Origin: Candidatus Asbonarchaeum danakilense
GTDB lineage: Archaea; Nanohalarchaeota; Nanosalinia; Nanosalinales; Nanoanaerosalinaceae
DNA length: 15,072 nucleotides
Assembly: GCA_034190465.1 (NCBI GenBank)
Contig: JAXINV010000019.1
Location: 1-15,072 of the forward strand
Direction of reading: 5' to 3'
Shown here: piece after piece, positions 1 through 7,659 of the stretch
Layout: each line of letters starts with the position of its first letter
Position numbering within the stretch: the first letter of the stretch is position 1
The notes under the pieces: generated by a model
Seen by the model: the letters and a program-made list of their open reading frames with translations, nothing else
Databases searched by the model: none
What the model was told of the DNA's origin: nothing
Translations under genes and position numbers: made by a program

Positions 1-865
1 CATCGTATCGGTGGAAGTAGTCCAGCTGCGTCCCGTCCGGCGTGGCGAAGCGGAGGTCGTCCAGCCCGGGACCGGAGGGGCTTTCTGCCATGGAACGGAT
101 CGTTCCCTCCTTGAGAGCTCTGTTGTACAGCTTGACGTCATCGATCGCCCCGGCATAGCCGTAGCCGCCGCCGATATAGTTCCCGATCCTGCTCGTCCCC
201 GAGCTCTGGTCGATACCGCCGGACATCGAGCCGTCGTGCTGCTCCTCCAGCAGCCGTCCCTTACTGTTGAACAGGTAGGCGCTCAGCGTCTCCCCGTCGT
301 ACGTCATCGCCGCCAGGTACCACGTCCCCTGCTGCAGCGGCGTGTCCATCGTGAAGAAGTGAGAATTTCCGCTGATCGTGATCCCTGGCTGGAGCTTCTC
401 CGTCCTGTCCTGCTCCTTCAGCCAGAACTCGTGGTTGCGGCCGTCGTACAGGTATTCTTTCTCCTTACTGCCCGTCGGCTTCACCCAGACCAGCAGCGTC
501 AGCGTGGACGGCCCGAGTTCCGGTTCGGTTCCCAGCGCGACATGGTCCCCGCCCTGAAGCCGGACGGCCGACCGGGTCCCGGTCGTCCATGCCCCACCGT
601 TCAGCCTGCCGTGGTTCGCATGGCCGGAGAAATCCCTGGCGTGGTCGCCGTCTCCAGCGGAGAAATGCCAGCTCCCGACCAGGCCGTTGGTCGGGAACAG
701 TCCCGGATTGATTGACACCGCGTAGTCCTGCAGCGTCCTGCCTGACTGTTCCGTCACGTTGATCGGCTTCCGGTACTGCCAGCCCGAATCCCACCAGGCG
801 GCCCCGGTGGCTGCAAAAAACGCTACCAGTAGTACAAGTACTAACGTGCGTGTGGTGCTCCCCAT
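1..865 (-). CDS. Secreted/surface protein (N-terminal part; runs off the window) with DUF2341-like and LamG/concanavalin-like jellyroll domains
   Basis: Not in the ORF track because it is truncated. Manual translation from ATG at 865 is open to position 1: MGSTTRTLVLVLLVAFFAATGAA (signal peptide), WWDSGWQYRKPINV..DYAV (DUF2341-type start), GLVGSWHF..DFSGHANHG..TLLVWVKP..WYLAAMTYDG..IG..GAIDDVKLYNRAL (LamG-like), then DDLRFATPDGTQLDY. Confidence 0.85.
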   Translation of the reverse strand, partial: MGSTTRTLVLVLLVAFFAATGAAWWDSGWQYRKPINVTEQSGRTLQDYAVSINPGLFPTNGLVGSWHFSAGDGDHARDFSGHANHGRLNGGAWTTGTRSAVRLQGGDHVALGTEPELGPSTLTLLVWVKPTGSKEKEYLYDGRNHEFWLKEQDRTEKLQPGITISGNSHFFTMDTPLQQGTWYLAAMTYDGETLSAYLFNSKGRLLEEQHDGSMSGGIDQSSGTSRIGNYIGGGYGYAGAIDDVKLYNRALKEGTIRSMAESPSGPGLDDLRFATPDGTQLDYFHRYD

Positions 866-940
866 CCTGCGGTCATCCTCGCGACGGTAGATGTCAGATA
901 GTGCGGCCGGACCGCATTAAAAGGTTGCGTCGGTCCCTGA

Positions 941-1396
941 TCAACGCGGGGTCAGGCCCTGCTGCTGGACGGTCGTCCGGCGCGGCGTCGAGCTGAAGAT
1001 GTAGTCGCCGTCCGGTGAGACGTAGAACGTCACCACGCGTTGCCGGGTCGTGTTGGTCGCCCAGGAGCCGAAACTGTTCGGCTCAACGGTCAGGGCCGCG
1101 GTCCAGTTGTACAGGTAGTCCACGCCCTCGATCCTCGCGTCCTTCGAGATGCTGACAGTCGAGATGTTGGTCACGAACGGTGGGAACTGTGCAGCGAGGA
1201 ACTGCCGGGCCGCATCGATTGCCTCCTGCTGGGCAGCATACGAGGTCGGTCCGTCATCTCCGTCCGCGGTCGCTGTACCGGTTGCGCCCGGAGCGGACCC
1301 CATGAAACCGTTGAGAAGGAAGCCTGCGACGAAGAACAACGCCAGACCCACACCGTAGAGGAACGCCGGATCAATATCGTCGCGAGTCATATCCAT
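941..1396 (-). CDS. Small membrane-anchored hypothetical protein (~151 aa) with a DsbC-N-like YVSPDGDYIF motif
   Basis: One N-terminal hydrophobic helix (FLYGVGLALFFVAGFLL), a GATGTATA linker and sequons NIS/NWT/NTT. Start placed at ATG 1396 (or 1390) because TTTTTAAG lies at 1423-1430 on the minus strand. Confidence 0.75.
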   Translation of the reverse strand: MDMTRDDIDPAFLYGVGLALFFVAGFLLNGFMGSAPGATGTATADGDDGPTSYAAQQEAIDAARQFLAAQFPPFVTNISTVSISKDARIEGVDYLYNWTAALTVEPNSFGSWATNTTRQRVVTFYVSPDGDYIFSSTPRRTTVQQQGLTPR

Positions 1397-1422
1397 CTTC
1401 CGACCAGTTTTCCCCACCGATG

Positions 1423-1459
1423 CTTAAAAATATTCCTCGAACTCGCCGAGATTTTTAAA
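1423..1459. promoter_or_regulatory. Back-to-back TATA boxes of divergent promoters
   Basis: TTTTTAAG (minus, 1423-1430) is ~27 nt before ATG 1396. TTTTTAAA (plus, 1452-1459) is ~23 nt before ATG 1482. Both sit in an AT-rich gap in GC-rich DNA. Confidence 0.7.
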
Positions 1460-1481
1460 CCAGCGATGCGTCTTCAGCGAC

Positions 1482-2717
1482 ATGGACCCGGGCGACGAGG
1501 CCTTCCTCTGGGGTGCGGCAACCGCAGCCCACCAGGTCGAGGGCGGGAACGAGAACGACTGGACCCGATGGGAGCGGCAGGCAGCGGAGTGGCTCGCGAG
1601 GACGGCTCCCGACGAGTTCGGTGACATCCCGGTCTGGGCCGAGGTGGCCGACCGGGCCACGGATCCGGGGAACTACGTCAGCGGCGAGGCTGTCCGGCAC
1701 TACGACCGGTACGAGGAAGACATCGCGCTGCTCGACGACCTGGGACTGGACGCGTTCCGTTTCTCCCTGGAATGGTCCCGCCTGGAGCCGGAGCCTGGCG
1801 AGTTCGATGAGGACGCCATCCAGCACTACCACGATGTGCTCGACGAGCTGGAGTAGCGGGACATCGAGCCGGTGGTCACACTGTGGCACTTCACCAACCC
1901 GCAGTGGTTCGTCGACCAGGGCGGCTGGACGGCGGAGGACGCGCCCGAGCAGTTCGAGCAGTACGCGGAGCGGATGGTGGACGAGTTCGGCGACCGTGTC
2001 GACCACTGGATCACGCTGAACGAGCCGGTCGGTTACGTCTACCACACGTTCTGGAAGGAGTCATGGCTGGACCGTGAGGGCGGTCTCCTGCCGACGTACC
2101 GGGCGTCGAAGAACGTCATCGAGGCGCACAACACCGCCTACGACGCGATCAAGGAGGAGAACGAGGACGCGAAGGCCGGCACGGCGAACAACATCACCTA
2201 CTTCGAGCCCTACGAGGACCGACTGATCAACAAGGGGTTCGCCCGGCTGTTCGAATGGCTTGAACGCGGCCTGTTCCTCGACAGGACAGAGGACCGCCAG
2301 GACTTCATCGGTGTCAACTACTACCTGCACCGACAGGCCGATCACCGGTACCGCGGCGATGAACGGGAGGAGTCGGACATGGGCTGGCCTGTGTCGCCGG
2401 AGGGCTTCCACGAGGTGCTCACACAGCTCGACGAGAAGCACGACCAGTCGATTTTCGTGACGGAGCACGGCATCGCGGACCGGGACGACACGCAGCGCGG
2501 CGACTACATCGAGGAATCGATCGACGCGATGTCAGCGGCGGCCGATGACGGGGTCGACGTGATGGGCTACATGCACTGGTCGCTGCTGGACAACGTGGAA
2601 TGGGACAAGGGCCGGTGGCCGCGGTTCGGCCTGATCGAGGTCGATTACGATGACATGACCCGGACGGTGCGTGACAGTGCGGAGCGGTATGCCGATATCG
2701 TCGCTGAGAAGAGCTAG
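1482..2717 (+). pseudogene. Glycoside hydrolase family 1 (beta-glucosidase/beta-galactosidase) interrupted by an in-frame TAG at 1854-1856
   Basis: ORFs 1482-1856 and 1872-2717 are in the same frame (..DELE*RDIEPVVTLWHF..). GH1 motifs: WGAATAAHQVEG, FRFSLEWSRLEP, TLWHF, TLNEP (acid/base), FVTEHG (nucleophile), GYMHWSLLDNVEW..RFGL. Read through, it is 411 codons. Confidence 0.9.
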
Positions 2718-3664
2718 CCGAGCCGTTCCAGCCCGATCCGGATCTGCACCACCCCGTTTTCGACGCCCTCGTTGACGATCTGGAGGCTGTGGATACCGCC
2801 TCCGATCGAGCCCTGGAAGCCGGTGATGTTGATGTCGCTGCCGCTGTAGTCCAGCACGACACGGACGTGCTTCTTCTCCGGCGGCTCGTAGCCGATGACC
2901 GGGACGGTCTGTCGCAGGAACGTCCGCCCGCTGAATGTGGAGACTGTCATGCTGTCCTGGTGCTGCTCCAGCTCGAACACGTCCGCCCGGGTGAACGGCA
3001 GCAGGTACCGGTTATCTGTGAACGCCTGCGTCATGTTCGCCCAGTGCCAGTCGCTGGTGGCGCTGTACGCGAGCCGCTGGAACGGTCCGTAGTTGATCAG
3101 GCCAGCCAGGAGCGGGTCGTCGACCGCAGCGAAGTACGGGAACGACAGGTCGGTGTACGTGCCCGGCTCAGCCTGCTGGTCGTCGATAAAGCCGGTCCAC
3201 GCACCGGGGAACCGTACAGCCAGGGTCGACGCGGCGAACGTCTGGACCTGGAACCCGGTCGTGTTCGTCGCCAGCGTGCCGTTCTCATCCACGGCAGCCA
3301 CCGTCACGTTCCAGCTGCCTGTCGGTGCTCCGGCCGGGATGCGGTACTTGCCGCGGACCCGGTAGCCGTCGGAGATATTCCCGACGATCGAGAGGTCCAT
3401 GAACGATGCTTCCGTCCCGTCGGGCGAGCTGACGTTGGCGTAGAACGATCCGATGTCGCTCTGGCCGTCGCCGTCGGTGACGTCGGCCGTGACCGCGAGC
3501 TCGTCCCCGGGTCTGAAATGGGTGGCCGACAGGTTCCACGCTGCGGCGATCGCCGTCGACTGGTCCGTGACGGACGGTGCAGCAGCCATCCCGGACTGTG
3601 CAAATAGGACGAACGCGAACCCTAGGAGGAGCCACTGGACGTTGGTGCCGGGTGTGTGGACCAT
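2714..3664 (-). CDS. Secreted/surface glycoprotein with a probable Ig-like beta-sandwich N-terminal domain
   Basis: Signal peptide (WLLLGFAFVLFAQSGMAA|A), beta-strand-rich region (VTADVTDGDG..GSWNVTVAAVD) and eight N-x-S/T sequons. 316 aa. Confidence 0.8.
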   Translation of the reverse strand: MVHTPGTNVQWLLLGFAFVLFAQSGMAAAPSVTDQSTAIAAAWNLSATHFRPGDELAVTADVTDGDGQSDIGSFYANVSSPDGTEASFMDLSIVGNISDGYRVRGKYRIPAGAPTGSWNVTVAAVDENGTLATNTTGFQVQTFAASTLAVRFPGAWTGFIDDQQAEPGTYTDLSFPYFAAVDDPLLAGLINYGPFQRLAYSATSDWHWANMTQAFTDNRYLLPFTRADVFELEQHQDSMTVSTFSGRTFLRQTVPVIGYEPPEKKHVRVVLDYSGSDINITGFQGSIGGGIHSLQIVNEGVENGVVQIRIGLERLG

Positions 3665-3712
3665 CAGGGTACCTGTGCGGGGTGCTGCGTGAAAAAGGTA
3701 ACGAGCAGGGGA

Positions 3713-5551
3713 TCACCCGCCGAAGAACGCCCGGACGTCCTGCCACGGTGCCTTCGTCGCCCGGTAATCGCCCGGCGGCATCGCCTTCCGGTACTTGCCC
3801 CACTTGTACCGCTCATCCATGAACACGATCACGCCCCGGTCGTCTTCCGACCGGATGCACCGTCCTGCCGCCTGCAGCGCCCGGTTGACAGCAGGATAGT
3901 TGTACGCGTAGTCCCAGCCCTGCCCGAACTTCTCGTCGTAGAAGTCGATCAATGCCTCCGTCTTCAGGTCAGGACGCTGCAGCGGCAGCCCCACGATGAA
4001 CACGCCCGACATCAGCTGGCCGGGGAAGTCCACGCCCTCACCGAAGCTGCCGCCGACCACGCCGAGCAGGGCCGCTCCTTCGTCCGTCTTCTCCGCAAAC
4101 CGGTCCAGAAAGTCCTTCTTCTCCTCCTTGTCCATCCTGCGGTCCTCCAGGAACAGGGCGGTGTCCGTCCGGTCCTTCAGCCGCTTGTGCACCTTGTCAC
4201 GCAGATCGTACGACGGGAAGAAGATGCCGACATTGCCGTCGACGTGCTCCATCGTCTTCAGGATGTACCACGCGATCTTCTGGAACATGTCGTCGCCACG
4301 CTTCTTGTACCGGGTCGTCACCTTGTCCACCACCAGGTTGAGCTGGTTCTCCTCCGGGAACGGCGATCCGAACGTCTCCGCGTATGTCTCGTCCTCGTCC
4401 AGCCCGAACAGGTCCATGTACATGTCGACAGGCGTCAGCGTCCCGGACATCGCGATGGAGGTGTGGCTCTGGTTCATCGGCTCCCGGCAGGCGAACTGCG
4501 GGTCCAGACAGGCGTACGACAGCTTCAGGTAGGCGTCGCCGTGGCCGGGCTGCACGCGCTCCAGCACGCGCACAAAGCCCTCGTCCTCGCCCTTCCACCG
4601 GTCCAGGAAGTTCGCGATGTCCCCGCAGGTGGATTCGTCGCCCTCATCGCGGACCTCCTTCGCCACGGAGCCCAGGTTGTCGACCAGGGTGTCGTAGCCG
4701 GTGATGTCTGCGACGCGGTCCATGAACGCCTGCTTGTCGATCTCCGCCTCGCGCTCCATGCCCAGTTCGTGCTTCGCCATCCGCTGCAGCTCCTCCTGCA
4801 GCCGTTCAAGCATCGATTCCTCGTCGTAGTATCCCATCCGCGAGGCCTCGGTCGCGCCACGGTCAAGCATCCGCTCGGTCACGACCGCTGAGTTCAGCGA
4901 CCGGGTCCTGCCCGGCAGGTTGTGCGCCTCGTCGACGATCAGCAGGCAGTCGGAGAGACTCAGCTCCGACTTGGCGAAGATCGCCTCCCTGACGCCGGGG
5001 TGGAAGATGTGGAAGTAGTCGCCGACCACCACGTCCGCGTCGGCCGCCATGTGCATCAGGATCTCGTAGGGACAGACCTTGTCGCACCGTTCCTTGATCT
5101 CTTCCGCCCGCAGGATCTCGTGTTTCAGCTCCACGATCTTCCGCTGCGCCCGCTCGGTGAGTTGATGGTTCTCGTCGTATGTGTTGTCGTGTCGCGGGCA
5201 TTTCTCGTCCTCCTCGCCTTCCAGGTAGACGTGGCCTCCCTGCTCTCCCTCGCACAGCCACCGTTTCCCGATCAGGTCGACGGCCCTGAACGTCGCTCCA
5301 TGTTCCTCCTTGACCTCCTGCAGGGTCTCGACCGCTATCTCGTGCTGGGAGTGGCGCGGCGTCAGGAAGAACGTCGTCTTGCCGTTCTCCAGGCCGTAGG
5401 CGAGGCACTGGGGCAGGGTGGCGGCGGTCTTTCCCAGGCCTGTCGGTGCGTGCGCCACGACGTTGCCGCCGTCCTCCAGGGCCTGCTCAACGTCCTGCTT
5501 CAACTGTGACTGGCTGTCCCGGACCTGAGAATAGGGGAAGAGGTCCTGCAT
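3713..5551 (-). CDS. xpd: XPD/Rad3 (DinG family) Fe-S SF2 DNA helicase
   Basis: Q-motif FPYSQVRDSQ, Walker A APTGLGKT, four Cys in the Fe-S region (WLC, KCP, ERC, VCPYE), DEAH, MSGTL, GSFGEGVDFPG and QAAGRCIRSEDDRG. Confidence 0.95.
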   Translation of the reverse strand: MQDLFPYSQVRDSQSQLKQDVEQALEDGGNVVAHAPTGLGKTAATLPQCLAYGLENGKTTFFLTPRHSQHEIAVETLQEVKEEHGATFRAVDLIGKRWLCEGEQGGHVYLEGEEDEKCPRHDNTYDENHQLTERAQRKIVELKHEILRAEEIKERCDKVCPYEILMHMAADADVVVGDYFHIFHPGVREAIFAKSELSLSDCLLIVDEAHNLPGRTRSLNSAVVTERMLDRGATEASRMGYYDEESMLERLQEELQRMAKHELGMEREAEIDKQAFMDRVADITGYDTLVDNLGSVAKEVRDEGDESTCGDIANFLDRWKGEDEGFVRVLERVQPGHGDAYLKLSYACLDPQFACREPMNQSHTSIAMSGTLTPVDMYMDLFGLDEDETYAETFGSPFPEENQLNLVVDKVTTRYKKRGDDMFQKIAWYILKTMEHVDGNVGIFFPSYDLRDKVHKRLKDRTDTALFLEDRRMDKEEKKDFLDRFAEKTDEGAALLGVVGGSFGEGVDFPGQLMSGVFIVGLPLQRPDLKTEALIDFYDEKFGQGWDYAYNYPAVNRALQAAGRCIRSEDDRGVIVFMDERYKWGKYRKAMPPGDYRATKAPWQDVRAFFGG

Positions 5552-5574
5552 GGTGACGGCTTCGCGGGCAACGG

Positions 5575-5670
5575 TTTAAAACCTACCGCATGTTCACGGC
5601 CCGCGACCAGGTGAGAACGCCTGTCCTGCCGCTCAACGGCGGCGTGGGGTGTCCCGGCAACCTTTTTATA
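5575..5670. promoter_or_regulatory. Divergent TATA boxes for xpd and the KaiC-GTPase operon
   Basis: TTTTAAA (minus, 5575-5581) is ~24 nt before ATG 5551. TTTTTATA (plus, 5663-5670) is ~23 nt before ATG 5693. Confidence 0.7.
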
Positions 5671-5692
5671 GAGGGGCCGCCAAGTATCTGGT

Positions 5693-6862
5693 ATGTCGAA
5701 AGTATCCCTTCCTCTGCCGAAGCTGAACTCGCTGCTCGACGGAGGGGTGGAGGATGGCTCCAACGTGCTCATCCTCGCCGACCTCGTCGTCGACAAGATG
5801 AAGTTCGGCTCGTCGCTGGTCAACTACCGGATGGACGAGGAGGACAACGTCGTCTACTTCATCAACAACAAGCTACCCAAGTACGCGAAGGACTATATCA
5901 AGGACTACGATGCAAAGCAGGACAGCATCTCGTTCATCGACGGCTTCTCAGCGACGATCGACAAGGAGAGCGAGGAGGACTTCCAGATCCCGGTCAAGAT
6001 CACGGAGAGCAAGGAACAGTATATCCAGGAATCCATCGACGTGGTGACGGACGCGCTGGAGGAGCAGGAGGGCTACGGCTCGACGTTCGTGCTCGACTCC
6101 ATCGATTCCTGGGTCGGTCACTGGGACGCGCTGGAGGAGTTCCTGGACGAGGTCAAGCCCACGCTGGAGGATACGAATACTGTCGGCTACTATCTGCTCC
6201 CGAACCTCGGGTTCGAGGAGGAGGACGGTAACTTTGAACGACTCAACGAGATGTTCGACTACGTGCTCCACCTGAAAGGTCTGGAGCGGTCCGGCATCAC
6301 GCTGAAGTACGTCGATATCCGGAAGCCGGAGACGGACACCAAGGTCCCGTTCGACATCACGCCGAGCGGCCTGGTGATGTACGTGCCGAAGATCCTCGTC
6401 ACCGGCCCGTACAACGCCGGCAAGTCGACCACGGTCAAGAACATGTCGGAGACCAGTGTCTCCGTCGACCGGCTCGGCACCACCGTCGCACTGGACCACG
6501 GCAAGGTCGAGCGGAAAGGGCTGAAGGCGGACATCTTCGGCACACCGGGCCAGAAGCGGTTCGACTGGGCGCTGAACTTCCTCGGCCGCTCCATCTTCGG
6601 CTGCTTCCTGATCGTGGACTCGCGCAACCCGGACTATGAGCGCGCCCACGAGATGCACCGTGAGCTGAAGGCGAAAGGCATCCCGACGATCGTGCTGGCC
6701 AACTTCCAGAACAAGGAGGACGCGATCCCGCCCGAGACGATCGAGGAGGAGATGGGCATCGAGACCGTGGGCGTCGACGCGCTGCACGGCGAAGGCCTGG
6801 ACGAATCACTCGACGAACTGTTCGAGAAGATACTCAGCGAACATTCCTGGTACTACACATAA
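5693..6862 (+). CDS. Fusion protein: degenerate KaiC/RAD55-like RecA-fold domain plus C-terminal MglA/CvnD-type small GTPase
   Basis: N-terminal LNSLLDGG..NVLIL with an eroded Walker A (ADLVVDKM), FVLDSID Walker-B-like strand and FDYVLHL..PFDITPSGL KaiC-like C-terminus. C-terminal GPYNAGKST (G1), TTVALDHG (G2), IFGTPGQKRF (G3), LANFQNKEDA (G4 region) and DALHGEG (G5 region). Confidence 0.9.
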   Translation: MSKVSLPLPKLNSLLDGGVEDGSNVLILADLVVDKMKFGSSLVNYRMDEEDNVVYFINNKLPKYAKDYIKDYDAKQDSISFIDGFSATIDKESEEDFQIPVKITESKEQYIQESIDVVTDALEEQEGYGSTFVLDSIDSWVGHWDALEEFLDEVKPTLEDTNTVGYYLLPNLGFEEEDGNFERLNEMFDYVLHLKGLERSGITLKYVDIRKPETDTKVPFDITPSGLVMYVPKILVTGPYNAGKSTTVKNMSETSVSVDRLGTTVALDHGKVERKGLKADIFGTPGQKRFDWALNFLGRSIFGCFLIVDSRNPDYERAHEMHRELKAKGIPTIVLANFQNKEDAIPPETIEEEMGIETVGVDALHGEGLDESLDELFEKILSEHSWYYT

Positions 6863-6871
6863 GGCGATACT

Positions 6872-7237
6872 ATGGCGAGCAAAGAAGAGAAACTGAAGGA
6901 GCCGCTCGGTGACCTGGATGACATCCAGGGCGTCAAGGGGGCGGCAGTTGTACGGCGTGACGGGCTGTTGATCGTGTCGAACCTGCCAGAAGATATCGAC
7001 GCAGACCAATTAGCCGCAATGACAGCATCAACCGTCGGCTCCGGCGAGACCGCCAGCGAAACCCTGGAAATCGGCACCGTCGAACAAGTCACCGTCGAAT
7101 CAGAACAAGGCAAACTCATCTCCACCGGCGCGGGCGACGAAGGCATCCTCACCATCCTCACCGACCCCGACGTCAACATGGGCCTCGTCCTCGTCCAAAT
7201 GAAAAAAGCAACCAAGAAAATCAAACGCGTCCTGTAG
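6872..7237 (+). CDS. Roadblock/LC7 domain protein (MglB-like, putative GTPase regulator)
   Basis: GVKGAAVVRRDGLLIVSNLP..LAAMTAS..VTVESEQGKLI..NMGLV is a typical Roadblock/MglB pattern. It starts 9 nt after the GTPase gene. Confidence 0.92.
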   Translation: MASKEEKLKEPLGDLDDIQGVKGAAVVRRDGLLIVSNLPEDIDADQLAAMTASTVGSGETASETLEIGTVEQVTVESEQGKLISTGAGDEGILTILTDPDVNMGLVLVQMKKATKKIKRVL

Positions 7238-7239
7238 CG

Positions 7240-7659
7240 ATGTACGAAGGCGACCTTCTCTACGACCTTACCGTCGCCAGATTGACGGACGCGCTGGACA
7301 GCGAGGACAGGAACTACGTCATTGAGTCACCTGACGGCGCGGAAGACACCGTCGATGTCGCCTGGCGGGACGGGGATCGTGCCAAGGCGCTGCAGTTCCG
7401 GTTCAGCGACACCGACGACCGGTACGGCTTCGAGCTGCACGGCTACGTCTGGGAGGACGACACCGAGTTCCCCCCGCTCGGCAGCAAGGAATGGGAAGGT
7501 GTCGGGACGGATCTGCTCGCATTCCACGACGACCGCGACCTCCACCGGACGTTCCCTGCGGCGCTGTACGGGGACGAGGAGGCGTTCGAGGAGGCGGACG
7601 ACTACGTGAACGCGCTGGTCGTGGAGAAGTACTCGATGCTGGACGATGACGTGCTCTAG
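7240..7659 (+). CDS. Acidic hypothetical protein (139 aa), probably co-transcribed with the GTPase/Roadblock pair
   Basis: Starts 2 nt after the Roadblock stop, has halophilic D/E-rich composition and host-like codons, and its stop overlaps the nreA stop. Confidence 0.75.
   Translation: MYEGDLLYDLTVARLTDALDSEDRNYVIESPDGAEDTVDVAWRDGDRAKALQFRFSDTDDRYGFELHGYVWEDDTEFPPLGSKEWEGVGTDLLAFHDDRDLHRTFPAALYGDEEAFEEADDYVNALVVEKYSMLDDDVL

Noticed and set aside
11..715. 234-aa plus-strand ORF, and the other long antisense ORFs (e.g. 3656-4891, 5948-6787, 7902-8738, 9203-10261, 13910-14704)
   Set aside because: They are shadow ORFs of high-GC genes on the opposite strand, with atypical composition and no recognisable motifs.
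1854..1856. Genome-wide TAG reassignment
   Set aside because: TAG terminates genes at their expected ends elsewhere in the window (e.g. 2717, 7237, and nreA directly after its PIP box).
5693..6380. Circadian clock KaiC
   Set aside because: It is a single domain with no intact Walker A, and no kaiA/kaiB-like genes are nearby.
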